A DNA stretch of 64,000 nt. Source: an uncultured Christensenella sp. Lineage in GTDB: Bacteria; Bacillota; Clostridia; Christensenellales; UBA1242. Within the stretch, counting starts at the first letter, position 1; the number at the start of each line of letters is the position of its first letter. The notes beneath the pieces are model-generated. The model did no database searches. It worked only from the letters and a program-made list of their open reading frames with translations, and had not been told where the DNA came from. Shown one piece after another: positions 15,001 through 20,435 of this stretch. Made by a program: the position numbers and the translations under genes. The DNA is taken from positions 111,758 to 175,757 of the forward strand of contig CASGDZ010000002.1 of assembly GCA_949300385.1 (NCBI GenBank). Reading direction: 5' to 3'.

Positions 15001-18000
15001 GAAACAAATATTACAGGTATGTATGTCGGCGGAATTTTCGGTAAATATGTTGGAAATGCTACAAATCTAAAATTAAATACAAATAATAAAACGATCGTGA
15101 CTATTGATTTAACAAATGCTTACTATGTCGGCGGACTTATAGGTAGACTTGAAGGTAATTTAACGGCAAGTACAAAGGATGGCACATACAATAAGAGCGA
15201 CAATAGTGTAGCGAATGTCGTCTCATATAATTCGACTGAAGTGTTAGATAACTTTGGCGGACTCGTAGGTATGTTAAAAGTTGGAGAAGTGGACGGAGGA
15301 ACTACTGCAACAGTAATAGGTGAACATTATTATCCGTTTACTATAAATACTATTGAAAATAGTAATTACGCCGATGTAGCTACAACTTATGACGCAACAG
15401 AAAGTGAAGACAATATATATCTAACCGCAATAGCGGGTTATGTGAATCAGGATAGTTTCACAATCTCTGCTACTTCAGAAACAACATATTATGAAGTGGA
15501 AAGAGATAGTGAAAATAATATAACTTATACACCAAATAATCCATTGAATCCAGATGAGACATTCGGTTGGGCTAAAGATTATACTATGTTTAAGACCATG
15601 CAACGCAATATTCCACAATCTGAGAATAAAGGTGCAACATGGGACGCAATATCAATAGTATACGACGCATCATATATCACATATGTCGGCACTATGGACA
15701 ACTTGGATATCTTTGACTTATATAAGGGGGAAAAGACCAAAAAAGGTGAAGAGTATACAGAAGATTATATCTGTTATACCATCGTAGAACCAGTCGAAGG
15801 CGACGCTACATTATATTGCGCATTAGGAATAGCATCTGTATATTATGACGATGATGGTAATTATGCTGATGAAGATGATTTTTATAATGATGGAGCAAGT
15901 AATTTTAGCAGATTTTGGCAATGGACTGGCGCAATATTTGGAGTAAATGATCCTCCTACTGATATATATTATATAGATATTGCATTAACAGATCCAGGAC
16001 TTACTTATTTGGATTATAAATCAAACAGCTATAAAACAACAAATGGCGGAAATACTTTGAGTATTGTAGCCAAAGCAGAAGAATTAAAATATTTATTGTG
16101 TTCAGTAGATAATTACTATCAACTGATAGATGAAGACGATAATGATAATAGTGTAAGCAATGACAATAATGAATATAAAGAAAGGAAACCAGAAAAAACT
16201 TATTTCCAATTAGATGTCATATATGAAAATTCAAGCGTTCCAGTAGAATATGATAAAGATGGAAATCCTACTGCGTACGGAAGTGATGGCTACACTGCTT
16301 CTAGTGGATCATTGTTTGAAGCAAACGGAGTTGCTACAAGTGCTGCTGAATCAGCACTTAAATCAGGAGATTCGGCTTATCCATGGTTGGAATGGGTACA
16401 GACTGCTATAGATTTAGCATTAGCATTAAGTTTTGCAGGTGGAGTAACAGCTCTTAGTGCTAAATTTATAGGTAAAGCGGCATTAAAACAAGCAATAAAA
16501 AGTACAGCTAAATTTATAGCTAGACTTACTATAGAATTTGGTGCCAAAAAAATATTGGCGTTATTAACGGTTAGTTCAGTGGCAGCAAGTTTAACAGGAG
16601 CGACTTATTCGACTATTCGCGGACAAACTATGGGCTATTTAGGGCCAAGTTATATGCGGGAAATAACATACGATTCAAATGGTCATGTATATGCACAAAC
16701 GGATGAAACAATATCTAATGAATATGGTATATACTATATGTATTACTCTTCAACTCGACCAGCAGATTATTATATAAATAGATATTTCGTTTATATCGTT
16801 GAAGATGATAGTGTCACAACTCATAAATACTCAGCATCGCAATTGACATTAGGAGACATTGAGACATCTTCGTCAAGCGATTATTATGGAGCATATAAAG
16901 TCACTGCCATAAATGGACAAGCAGTTTCGGAAGGAACTAATGTTTACGCATATGATTACTATTTCTATGAAAAAGGCGTATATTATGTAATTGCTGATAC
17001 TATCTCTACGGAAACTATTCTTTACCAAAAATATTTTGATCCAGATCAATGGGGAGATGATATCACTCTTCCTATCTATACGAATAATTTAGGATACTAT
17101 TATGTTGCAGGTTCATATAATGGTGATACTGACGAATATAGTTATGCAAATAGATATGGTAATAACTTAATACCTAAGGACAGCGAAGGTCAATATGTAA
17201 TGGATGATGAATCATTTGAAAGCGAATTCTTCGAAGTATATAATACTAAAGCTTCATTTGATAAAGAATTAAATTTTGTTCCTGTAGAAAATGGATATAT
17301 GTCTAAAACTTATGGTTTAACAATTAATAGTAATGATTTTACAATAAGTGATGTATACAATATTTCATATTACTATGGTTATGGATATTTAGATAAGGTA
17401 TACTATACTGCAAATGGAAATATAAAAATCACTTATGCAGGTGCAAGTACAGGCGCAAACATTAAACCATTAATAGGTACATTTACATATACAGGCGCCG
17501 ATGGAGTTGGAACCGAGGGTATAGATTATATTACTCTGACTTATACTGATGATGAAAATAATACTAATCAATACGATTTTATTTTAACAAGTATATCTAC
17601 TGATGGTTCGGGGTCTGATTATCAAGATTTAAGTTTAGATGGAGTCCCTAATCTAGTCACTAATAAAAATACTACTAAATATGTAAACCTATATCCAACA
17701 TCGTTTACAAATCCTTATACTATTCAAATATCAGAAGAAGATGTCCCTTCATATCCGATTTTTACTGAAGTTGAAATAGAAAATGAAGATGGAACTAAAA
17801 CAACAAAAGATGTGGAAGTATATTTCGTTGAAACGAATTTATCAGCAATAGAAGATATTAGTAGTGTACAAACATTAAGCAAATCTGCAACATTCTATTA
17901 CTTTAATGGCGGTTACGAAACAAGGACAATTACGGATAATTCCACAAATAAGACTACTACATATGTCATAAGAGAAAGTACTGAAAATTATTATACGATT

Positions 18001-18762
18001 TATGATAATTCTGGAAATCTTGTAATGTGTAATAGAAATGAACTTATCTCTTATTTAAGTGACGACAATTATTATGGTGAATATTATGGTTCGGGATCAT
18101 CATATAATATGTTATTAAAAGATTATTACGACTATGTAGATGACGACTATTTATATAAATATGATTCTGATACAAAGACTTATAAATTATTTACTAATGA
18201 AATTGAAATCTTCGATGAAAATAAAATTTATAAGGGGAATATGAATTACTCAAATGCATCGAAATATTTATATAGTAGCGACGATTATTACTTTATTGTT
18301 GAGGAAATTTCTGCAGAAGATGGTTCTACACAAAAAGTATATGCTTCAATCAAAGATTATTTCACAAAAGGAAAATTATACATGATTGATGACGACGCTT
18401 TCCTTGATAATCAGATTAAATATAAGATTAATGATAAAGAATCTGGCAGCATTAGTATTTTAACCACTGTTGTTATTGAATACCCTAATCATGAGACATA
18501 TGCTAGCAATTATAATCAAAATAAATACTTAATGAACGCTTCTACACAACTCTATACTAGATATAAATATGATGACGACTTTAATAATAATGTTTGGAGT
18601 GGGTATAATTTGTACAGGAATACATTTACTTATCCTAACCAAGGATATACTACATATCTTGTAGAAGGTTGTAGAGTAGTATTAGGTGGCGGAGGCGATT
18701 ATGTTGCTCCTAATACAGATTCTAATAATGGGAAATCAATAGGTAGTTTTAATGTAATATAA
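1..18762 (+). CDS. Giant GLUG-motif (beta-helix / Ig-like) surface or secreted protein, 5'-truncated, >6,250 aa
   Basis: Frame is open from base 1 (SEIFVKVAFTG...LDILAGEG), so the TTG at 229 is not the true start. About six modules begin with G-x-x-x-x-P/Y-x-I-type motifs (e.g. GSANNPYTIQDVQEF), contain many GG[LI][VI]G/NVGG motifs and mostly end in W...P-x-L. Very N/S/T/Y-rich. Stop TAA is followed by a terminator. Confidence 0.85.
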   Translation, partial: SEIFVKVAFTGTALDASTISLNLPDSSPIKFGNGLSSINLSDTANVRLIQTSSKYNVYAVKFASCNQQLNSVRLDILAGEGAVGVSTYVYVNSVFLADENSIEIYTDDENANDFSQNGELMFAIIRGTSNSFRVFADVKNNYIGDVNPIQTIERVDNNNTNKIQFTRMSNSEFIITGISNTNYAVELTLKIHYFTNDNVKVELKSTEKSILFAVYDTIDSISATKENKDITYINSKYEEASQIEINFNALTSNSSIVSDSVIFTDDIKYDNANQIKISLSDPSLREFVQLSIKTTESEQIIQSGEVLSLNSENIFRGTIIVRLTQNIAIDSVSVVFSALRFGVESGINRYVTINIADYEYADNIVVSGNEIVEEGLNNYWIYMSFLSVEDGGQDIAKFNARAEYANNISSSLRFDDLTYRLYRVSTSLTGEKTEELVVGGGVSVTIVDGVVTITAEKYYGGGIYRLELATLDSYDDILGDYKTTFSLNLRISDGDIYAYTISNAEDLKNIANDMGANYELIQSFSISDFTPIGGTDGSNVVNAFTGSLKGVNSSVSTAKNSITVEISKTIEDDTNTYAGLFAILGNGAVISDLDIYVKFNTSSLTANSTLNIGAVAGLNNGATITNVNVSYLHDYSGIDLTKVSSSINFGLVVGTNNAIIDLNGCSVIFDATILTKSNTNIGAIAGINTGSIGGTSGDVDLTSVSYSIEVNLVVKNSAQNSQINLGGVVGYAYGGNVSTISNIVVGGIIKLVNDGTNVNANGNVGGFVGRVGDGTSNNGAKISSCYALGLDVINGASGNVAGIVANANGVEVTNTKFMSANVEFNAITNSNGNTITDGFESKGQITGQNNVAGIIATSTESNITNSSVENFITGDFYTIDNTGVLNNNTGAIIAEGNAIINKSFVNANIKSSGEILLVTTGAKNSYFVGKVDNLDTTKLISVQDDTCYAVVYTDDLIYYYNYEGSWTEIADYDNWSSSTLLNIEYTSSSDWKINNEYNLIKINVLEGEITNTYTYYLPYLVQDGEPIMVIAPTSISAEIDSDYIISIDSIYEDNYTFSENEITSVAIINYHNDINNQSNNIEYNTYDIKDLINLAIVPEDALGGVRYSIISGSSYAYINSNDQIVFTGVSGTNRIIVRCYSVFNSEIEEYVVFYTQIGLSNLIIDSSEIYLESEDTYSITTYTGANDKQITIDAENIFGGQLGLTDRMFENIFDTNLSEYLKIETSPKDSKIKIVATGNAIGEYLINVKDLTFDGDTYSETITFTLYFNAKSYYGDSFLNERIELATVNLIVNVKKSADYIVMNNGQQVISTSSTANFSADLYTGYTSSSTESNYVSFNKNYNLNRIELNESDKDSINLSVSYNSEDENKVITLLNQANVDSILDLFNYNFSYTALREQSSIIGYKYNINVSLKEGFNYRYITEPIEFIFTVSSKTDDQVSGVANITYEPTQVSTIRLENYSASNVTSTGGYTNLVSSGTTSSYIITPGGYGGLMTIYLEPNYSNVLSATLTSGTLYVPSLNKNVSLRFEQLIYNAKANVYQSMYPANSSTTGALDLRLASIYDGEEYEYTGIIYVRVFLEHFSGTEGSISVNLDVRTSGNVEKSISKTFLTQYLPGASLSFNGISVGNNEYLIQENSYDNVVELNIYGYQFNSQPSIGLEWVLPNSERGLGTSLTIDNKKYNIYDYVNYSIGQVISNIDGSYTMRVTLSVRANIPASFKLTARMTLTTDTGLISSSEEALVFHPTDYIVDNTQTTLERINNGIMQMTINQNRTLEFVFETESTNYDYSENIYDVLVTDIGVENLASLFSYQLNGNTYKLSDENSAFTISYVEVNGSEFKRIAINGLATLDVNVNFSINYEFNIDENSGRYKLHFTTGAGAYRMSFTFRLQILPGTTTEHATPIYSADDIFDPNANECLLNEGEDYILMNDITLENLVPIEVNIGSLDGNNKIITIASFASALESEEAVEYGLFANIGTYTLAGEEYQTILKNVVVDYGSLNSDISFVNSNATEIYFGGLVGRNNGGIIYNCDVMNFSANSKDVTLLINNSSDVDVYFGGLVGENSGVITNSRVGRSTFTRVYVSSSGNESVNYNYGPIRPINFYIGDPSVNGQGFVAVVGGFVGSNNGKISSSYVANTSIISSSTAPNESMTAGFVGENNSGASIMYSYVKALESTVTSTNPYSTGTYIENLTNGTVAGFVNYNAGTISNSYANTELRSKSNVLSGFVYNNASSGIITESYSACTYNGKLIGANTTAEQPFVGRSNAELLSYGIIENCYYIISDGTVIDTSKIPSPEDKDQAVAISETNFQDPNFLNNFVFVLSNSLTSRNLGVWSYYTTNSSYRILPELMTANTIATSYRYLVGVGEEGNNYDYAYSFYLGSANNPYTIQDVQEFNSIMTGEGSTSIYGYFRLINDLYFDTTAVSTRLNFTLGDSSNKYITSFEGNGMTISGIYLDAEENVGSSIGLFANIENAYVKNVNLEFASEFSSANITYAGGLSGKINNSVIININLSGNATTINGTSFAGGLAGIITGNSLIYGINSNLNAVANNETGDFYTGTAYSNMSFAGGIAGLIDITPRENEEYNLSYIEINGREMSIGANYNANIQAYYAGGVAGYAGSGVNAFKIKFTTGNSNRIRGQEAVGGLFGAFLGNLTASQVTAEEDEQYNYDTTLGQYVMSIGSESSDLDTTQAGNLNLLEGYNYAGGLVGVGLNSLIRSSYAKVGVYSGRSVGGLIGLAISPNIQYSYAVPYINLDNISYFENVGGMLGETYEKGYYSDNISGYVGAFNSIAGSNDYSKLSFAFATLIVDNDKLVENADKIVSDKYLKYFDYIAGYYGQDLGNSNGYLHGTGGGTPLISVYAGKINYSEKAIGDNNINLVQNSTESRANNIELNALYNTENASNQAETFQRVFSSWSTEEYWTLDSSRYFPLLLNRNSTGYYEISNDNLEEAINVIINNPDGNYKIVEDLDFSTISISGNFIIEIGGDGFTGVLIGQKDDGSTPTISNLTVNATKDGDTGFFNRTTGARISNINFEWSSINLNGKTIDYVGGVSCKDVGSQFNGLNVSMINNPNSTYAMNIISSEISAINPPKISGFGGIVGSGTNSNIISCSFVGNISANLSVTENNNVINVGAIIGRAVADNTLKTETLGMIVTDSNVGKDGVNTTFNFYNLGSSNSSNVNIGGAVGYADKAAISGVSVGSYSYAETPYVDISLDLNNNDNIYLGGLVGYSNETQMTSINSLTNISVTGGETASGTTTASVNVGGFAGFISTNSTTSAFRNNATKSNIVVGEETANHITNLRLSTGIAYASSTSTSDKIKIEQSLFTGKIVATNDSSIDEKKVNATNIWAGGAVAYVDLKNRYTLVLSEVMSTTDIFVGSDDADNGTKQLYVGGLIGAGGLNNETLSAPIIELINCGSTGRIVAISSSGSSTDNIHIYVGGLVALSSNLTINYSYSATSILSDGISGINYNLANIGAIVGGLLKDSTISSTQTYYSSDIALASEDYDGESDGLYNLSAYRFILTNEWHTAFANGNVGVWYTNSTYMPYLTSLYTTLQNYGIMKSSQTNPYGENGTNILNPKIINTNTITLEEDYTFYLLSTNMNNNLKLNTNSNSTLNGIMIANETNYMVDLLSSTDVGSYSSFIPTIANHSAISNLHVLFTANSTLALTGSSEILVASMIAGNNNGIIFNSSVIGTGIELNSNSSQTYFGAIAGENNGLISHSYSTIEIINTNITNGAISGIVVNNYGAMDSCYFTGYINNSNSSTSSTTLASGLIYSAQESETTNGYIHNSYMGGVIESVSPNGNSFIAYFDNTKNYGTNNFIDNLSNFDSNYSNSIKGVSTFNIMRAKDLSGKWASVINTKEYNDKPTYYIDMTSKTFGYNYGYPIYDFNKVGTSQNLLTYYQLYTGNGTTSDNIDESAILNNYVNDAVNSTTANNYYRIPHLGVLHSIQGLANIIDSNNSNVTYTKLNYVLIYDIDASNYSTSNVAVGSYDSNSTSSSDDEGFYDGANAQFNGRFITNKYYEFNEYEINYNGCEQVCTISGLTGSGLFDNIIYAKFEYIKFGNMNLTSSGALGVNVISNSTETSDSEQNSGILVDHIWIGDSENTAEFTGENVGGLFGTISGNTIEIKNLITYSELGYQITIKANGNNGLIASTMKGGLISLDDCELGVNFAGVTVDGSSTNGGLIGQMTNGTINGESNEIRVANADSGAPSDVLGGIVGNITSGETNKISISNINVSFITGNNGINAVALGGFVGTMTSGTATISSCKFIANSDISANLIDQARFGIIAAQIQGGTLSLSGIEANEDFQININYNTGDNQMINYSQAYGILFGEVQGGIIKPTTDTTDNLSFNKITLYTVGGSSASKNVGSVIGWYTGGQVDIVFDGTTNFTIYGHENVGGVIGNYTYSDSGYINVAQITTIVHGDYNVGGYIGSAVINTSDTGENSSTNLTSLVGSGYNYLQSNTSYSTIYTLGSNNSTNKGNIGGIFGYLKGDLTLKSEDEDNVESTANNNSNGTTIKNLNTIYIANNNVKINGFDTYTNIGGVVGRLEGNIDDALNKGTIAYSISNIEGYKSGSDSFIIEDTSLGTNANSATYAVNVGGIVGKITKTGDSQMTLTVKNIQNMADIEGYQNVGGLIGYVSGITITNEIEENEDGEESGDDTQTLATTETSSSGTISGVLNVGGAFGYVDNGASTTQITGIALNEVHVNGNSNVGGLIGMYKGGYVGESSVDNVEVKGIYYTLIKSNQTGSDISTYYYNYIPTSVGGFIGTAHKLNTDVSGAIYSNTLTSVTVTSESEGTSYNTQADEETSKVISTVQNYMHSHYLVADSEKDDYSNILEYNEETAIAVFDDMTTGFGGFIGSANMAATSGTYQDITSTGVTEEKDISSNTINSITINPSLGVNVGTYYGYYYDSDTTGSKDVGLPTLTSGETSVNGETSVNGETSVNGAYNIGGIIGCYHSTSNTAKSFEDLSTAINSFEGKISVQKQGETNITGMYVGGIFGKYVGNATNLKLNTNNKTIVTIDLTNAYYVGGLIGRLEGNLTASTKDGTYNKSDNSVANVVSYNSTEVLDNFGGLVGMLKVGEVDGGTTATVIGEHYYPFTINTIENSNYADVATTYDATESEDNIYLTAIAGYVNQDSFTISATSETTYYEVERDSENNITYTPNNPLNPDETFGWAKDYTMFKTMQRNIPQSENKGATWDAISIVYDASYITYVGTMDNLDIFDLYKGEKTKKGEEYTEDYICYTIVEPVEGDATLYCALGIASVYYDDDGNYADEDDFYNDGASNFSRFWQWTGAIFGVNDPPTDIYYIDIALTDPGLTYLDYKSNSYKTTNGGNTLSIVAKAEELKYLLCSVDNYYQLIDEDDNDNSVSNDNNEYKERKPEKTYFQLDVIYENSSVPVEYDKDGNPTAYGSDGYTASSGSLFEANGVATSAAESALKSGDSAYPWLEWVQTAIDLALALSFAGGVTALSAKFIGKAALKQAIKSTAKFIARLTIEFGAKKILALLTVSSVAASLTGATYSTIRGQTMGYLGPSYMREITYDSNGHVYAQTDETISNEYGIYYMYYSSTRPADYYINRYFVYIVEDDSVTTHKYSASQLTLGDIETSSSSDYYGAYKVTAINGQAVSEGTNVYAYDYYFYEKGVYYVIADTISTETILYQKYFDPDQWGDDITLPIYTNNLGYYYVAGSYNGDTDEYSYANRYGNNLIPKDSEGQYVMDDESFESEFFEVYNTKASFDKELNFVPVENGYMSKTYGLTINSNDFTISDVYNISYYYGYGYLDKVYYTANGNIKITYAGASTGANIKPLIGTFTYTGADGVGTEGIDYITLTYTDDENNTNQYDFILTSISTDGSGSDYQDLSLDGVPNLVTNKNTTKYVNLYPTSFTNPYTIQISEEDVPSYPIFTEVEIENEDGTKTTKDVEVYFVETNLSAIEDISSVQTLSKSATFYYFNGGYETRTITDNSTNKTTTYVIRESTENYYTIYDNSGNLVMCNRNELISYLSDDNYYGEYYGSGSSYNMLLKDYYDYVDDDYLYKYDSDTKTYKLFTNEIEIFDENKIYKGNMNYSNASKYLYSSDDYYFIVEEISAEDGSTQKVYASIKDYFTKGKLYMIDDDAFLDNQIKYKINDKESGSISILTTVVIEYPNHETYASNYNQNKYLMNASTQLYTRYKYDDDFNNNVWSGYNLYRNTFTYPNQGYTTYLVEGCRVVLGGGGDYVAPNTDSNNGKSIGSFNVI
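14821..14874 (+). repeat. In-frame 18-bp tandem repeat x3 (GGCGAGACTAGCGTCAAT; GETSVN)
   Basis: Two identical copies plus a third with 2 synonymous changes. Confidence 0.95.
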
Positions 18763-18788
18763 AAAAGCAGGATTATCCTGCTTTTTTA
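18760..18788. terminator. Bidirectional intrinsic terminator
   Basis: AAAAAAGCAGGA-tta-TCCTGCTTTTTT between convergent genes. Confidence 0.9.
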
Positions 18789-18793
18789 TCAAA

Positions 18794-19762
18794 CTATTTG
18801 CTAAGTTCATAACTACCCTGATTTATCTTACCTTGACTATCAAAATATGTAATAGATTGATAATTGTTTTTAAATTCTTCTAGGTTATCTGTGACGATTG
18901 TTATTTTAGACATTTTTAAAACATTTGTAGAATAATCGTAATAACCAGGGAATGTATGATTTTCCATTATACGCAATTCTTTATTGTTTGATATCATTTC
19001 TTTATTTGATTTATCTACTGTTCGTACATTTAAAGTAAATTCACAATCTTGATTAGCACTTACTACATCTATTTTAACATTTTCATTACCTATATACTGT
19101 CCAGATAGATAACTGATTCTATTTTGTAGTGATGTGAAAGTTTTTGTATCTACATTCACATGTGATTCAACTGTTGCTCTTTTTTGAGAATCTAATTCTT
19201 GAATAAAGAATGCTGATTGAATATATTCTTTATTATGTAGCATATATAAGTCGTCATATTCTTTTTCTGTCAAAGGATATGACAATACATAGTTACCATA
19301 ATATCCTGCACTCGTTTCAGCCTTAACTGATAAATACAATTTAGATTCATCATTATTCATTATGTAAGCAACACTTTCGCATGACAACTCATCATTCTTA
19401 ATAGCGTCTACATCATATCCTTCACGCTCTAAAAATGTATATGGTATTGGAGACTCAGCGTTTTCAGCATAGACACTATTAGTTGCTATAAAATCTTCAA
19501 TAACTTGGTCGTAGTAAGGGTCGGATAACACATCGTTTAAGATATCACTATACTTGCTCTCAGTATTTCCACCAATAATATCAGTGTTACCGCCACCAAT
19601 ATCGTTGCTATTAGACATAGAATTACAAGCGGACAAACCCATGCTTAACACCATAGCACCCGCAACAGCAAGCCCTGCAACAGCACGCTTTAATTTAGAA
19701 CTATGTGCTTCTTTCTTTAAAGCTTTTCTAGTTTTAACTATTAAATTTTCATTTTCTTCCAT
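18794..19762 (-). CDS. Putative lipoprotein, function unknown (322 aa)
   Basis: Long basic N-region, hydrophobic stretch, lipobox LSAC, then a G/N/S linker. GAGGT RBS upstream. Confidence 0.75.
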   Translation of the reverse strand: MEENENLIVKTRKALKKEAHSSKLKRAVAGLAVAGAMVLSMGLSACNSMSNSNDIGGGNTDIIGGNTESKYSDILNDVLSDPYYDQVIEDFIATNSVYAENAESPIPYTFLEREGYDVDAIKNDELSCESVAYIMNNDESKLYLSVKAETSAGYYGNYVLSYPLTEKEYDDLYMLHNKEYIQSAFFIQELDSQKRATVESHVNVDTKTFTSLQNRISYLSGQYIGNENVKIDVVSANQDCEFTLNVRTVDKSNKEMISNNKELRIMENHTFPGYYDYSTNVLKMSKITIVTDNLEEFKNNYQSITYFDSQGKINQGSYELSK

Positions 19763-19872
19763 AAATACCTCACAATTTTTTTAAAATCAATTTGAGATAA
19801 TTGCGTATAAAACCCCTATGTGACATGCACTAAATTCGCCATTTTGCGCAAATCGATTTCTTAATTCTCAGC

Positions 19873-19901
19873 ATTATAACACACGATTTGACATTTGTCA
19901 A
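19873..19901 (-). promoter_or_regulatory. Consensus sigmaA promoter of the lipoprotein gene, with a palindrome over the -35
   Basis: Minus strand reads TTGACA-17bp-TATAAT. Inverted repeat TTGACA-TT-TGTCAA at 19888-19901. Confidence 0.8.
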
Positions 19902-19963
19902 CATGTTTTATAAATTCAATATACCTAAAAATATCGATAAAATGGCCACCAAAATATAAAAAA

Positions 19964-19970
19964 TGTCGAA
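19964..19970 (+). promoter_or_regulatory. Candidate Spo0A (0A) box
   Basis: Perfect TGTCGAA in an otherwise very AT-rich divergent intergenic region. Confidence 0.35.
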
Positions 19971-20254
19971 AATATTTTTTTAAATTTGTTATTATTAAGA
20001 CCTTATCTTTTTTCTAAATTTATAAAATAAAAACAAAAATTATATAAAAATCATTAAAAAAATACACAAAAATTAATAAAAATAAATAATTTTTTAAATT
20101 TTTTTATAGAATTTTAAATTAAACAAAAAGTTTTTAATACCATTTTCAGAAATTTTTTTATTTCAACACTTTTTAATTAATTTGTAAAAATTCACATTTA
20201 GCACTTGTCAATTTTTCATATTGCTAAAAATTAAAAAAAGATTATGAAAATCTT

Positions 20255-20282
20255 TTGTTTTTTTGTCGAAATGATATACAAT
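20255..20282 (+). promoter_or_regulatory. Candidate promoter of the 3,007-aa gene with an embedded 0A box
   Basis: TTGTTT-16bp-TACAAT with TGTCGAA (20264-20270) in the spacer. Confidence 0.4.
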
Positions 20283-20435
20283 ATATGTATATAGTTTGTT
20301 TGCCCTACTGCTTAAATCTGGTCTGATATCTCTCACACAAATATTAGACTAATTTAAAATAAAAATGTTCTAAACTAAAATAAAAATAAGCGGAAGAAAT
20401 TTTTGTAATAGTGCAAACTAAATTAGGGAGGTAGT

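Noticed and set aside
20400..20430. c-di-GMP (GEMM) riboswitch suggested by GTGCAAAC upstream of the 3,007-aa gene
   Set aside because: No GNRA-capped P2 stem or second GCAAA element, and no room before the RBS.
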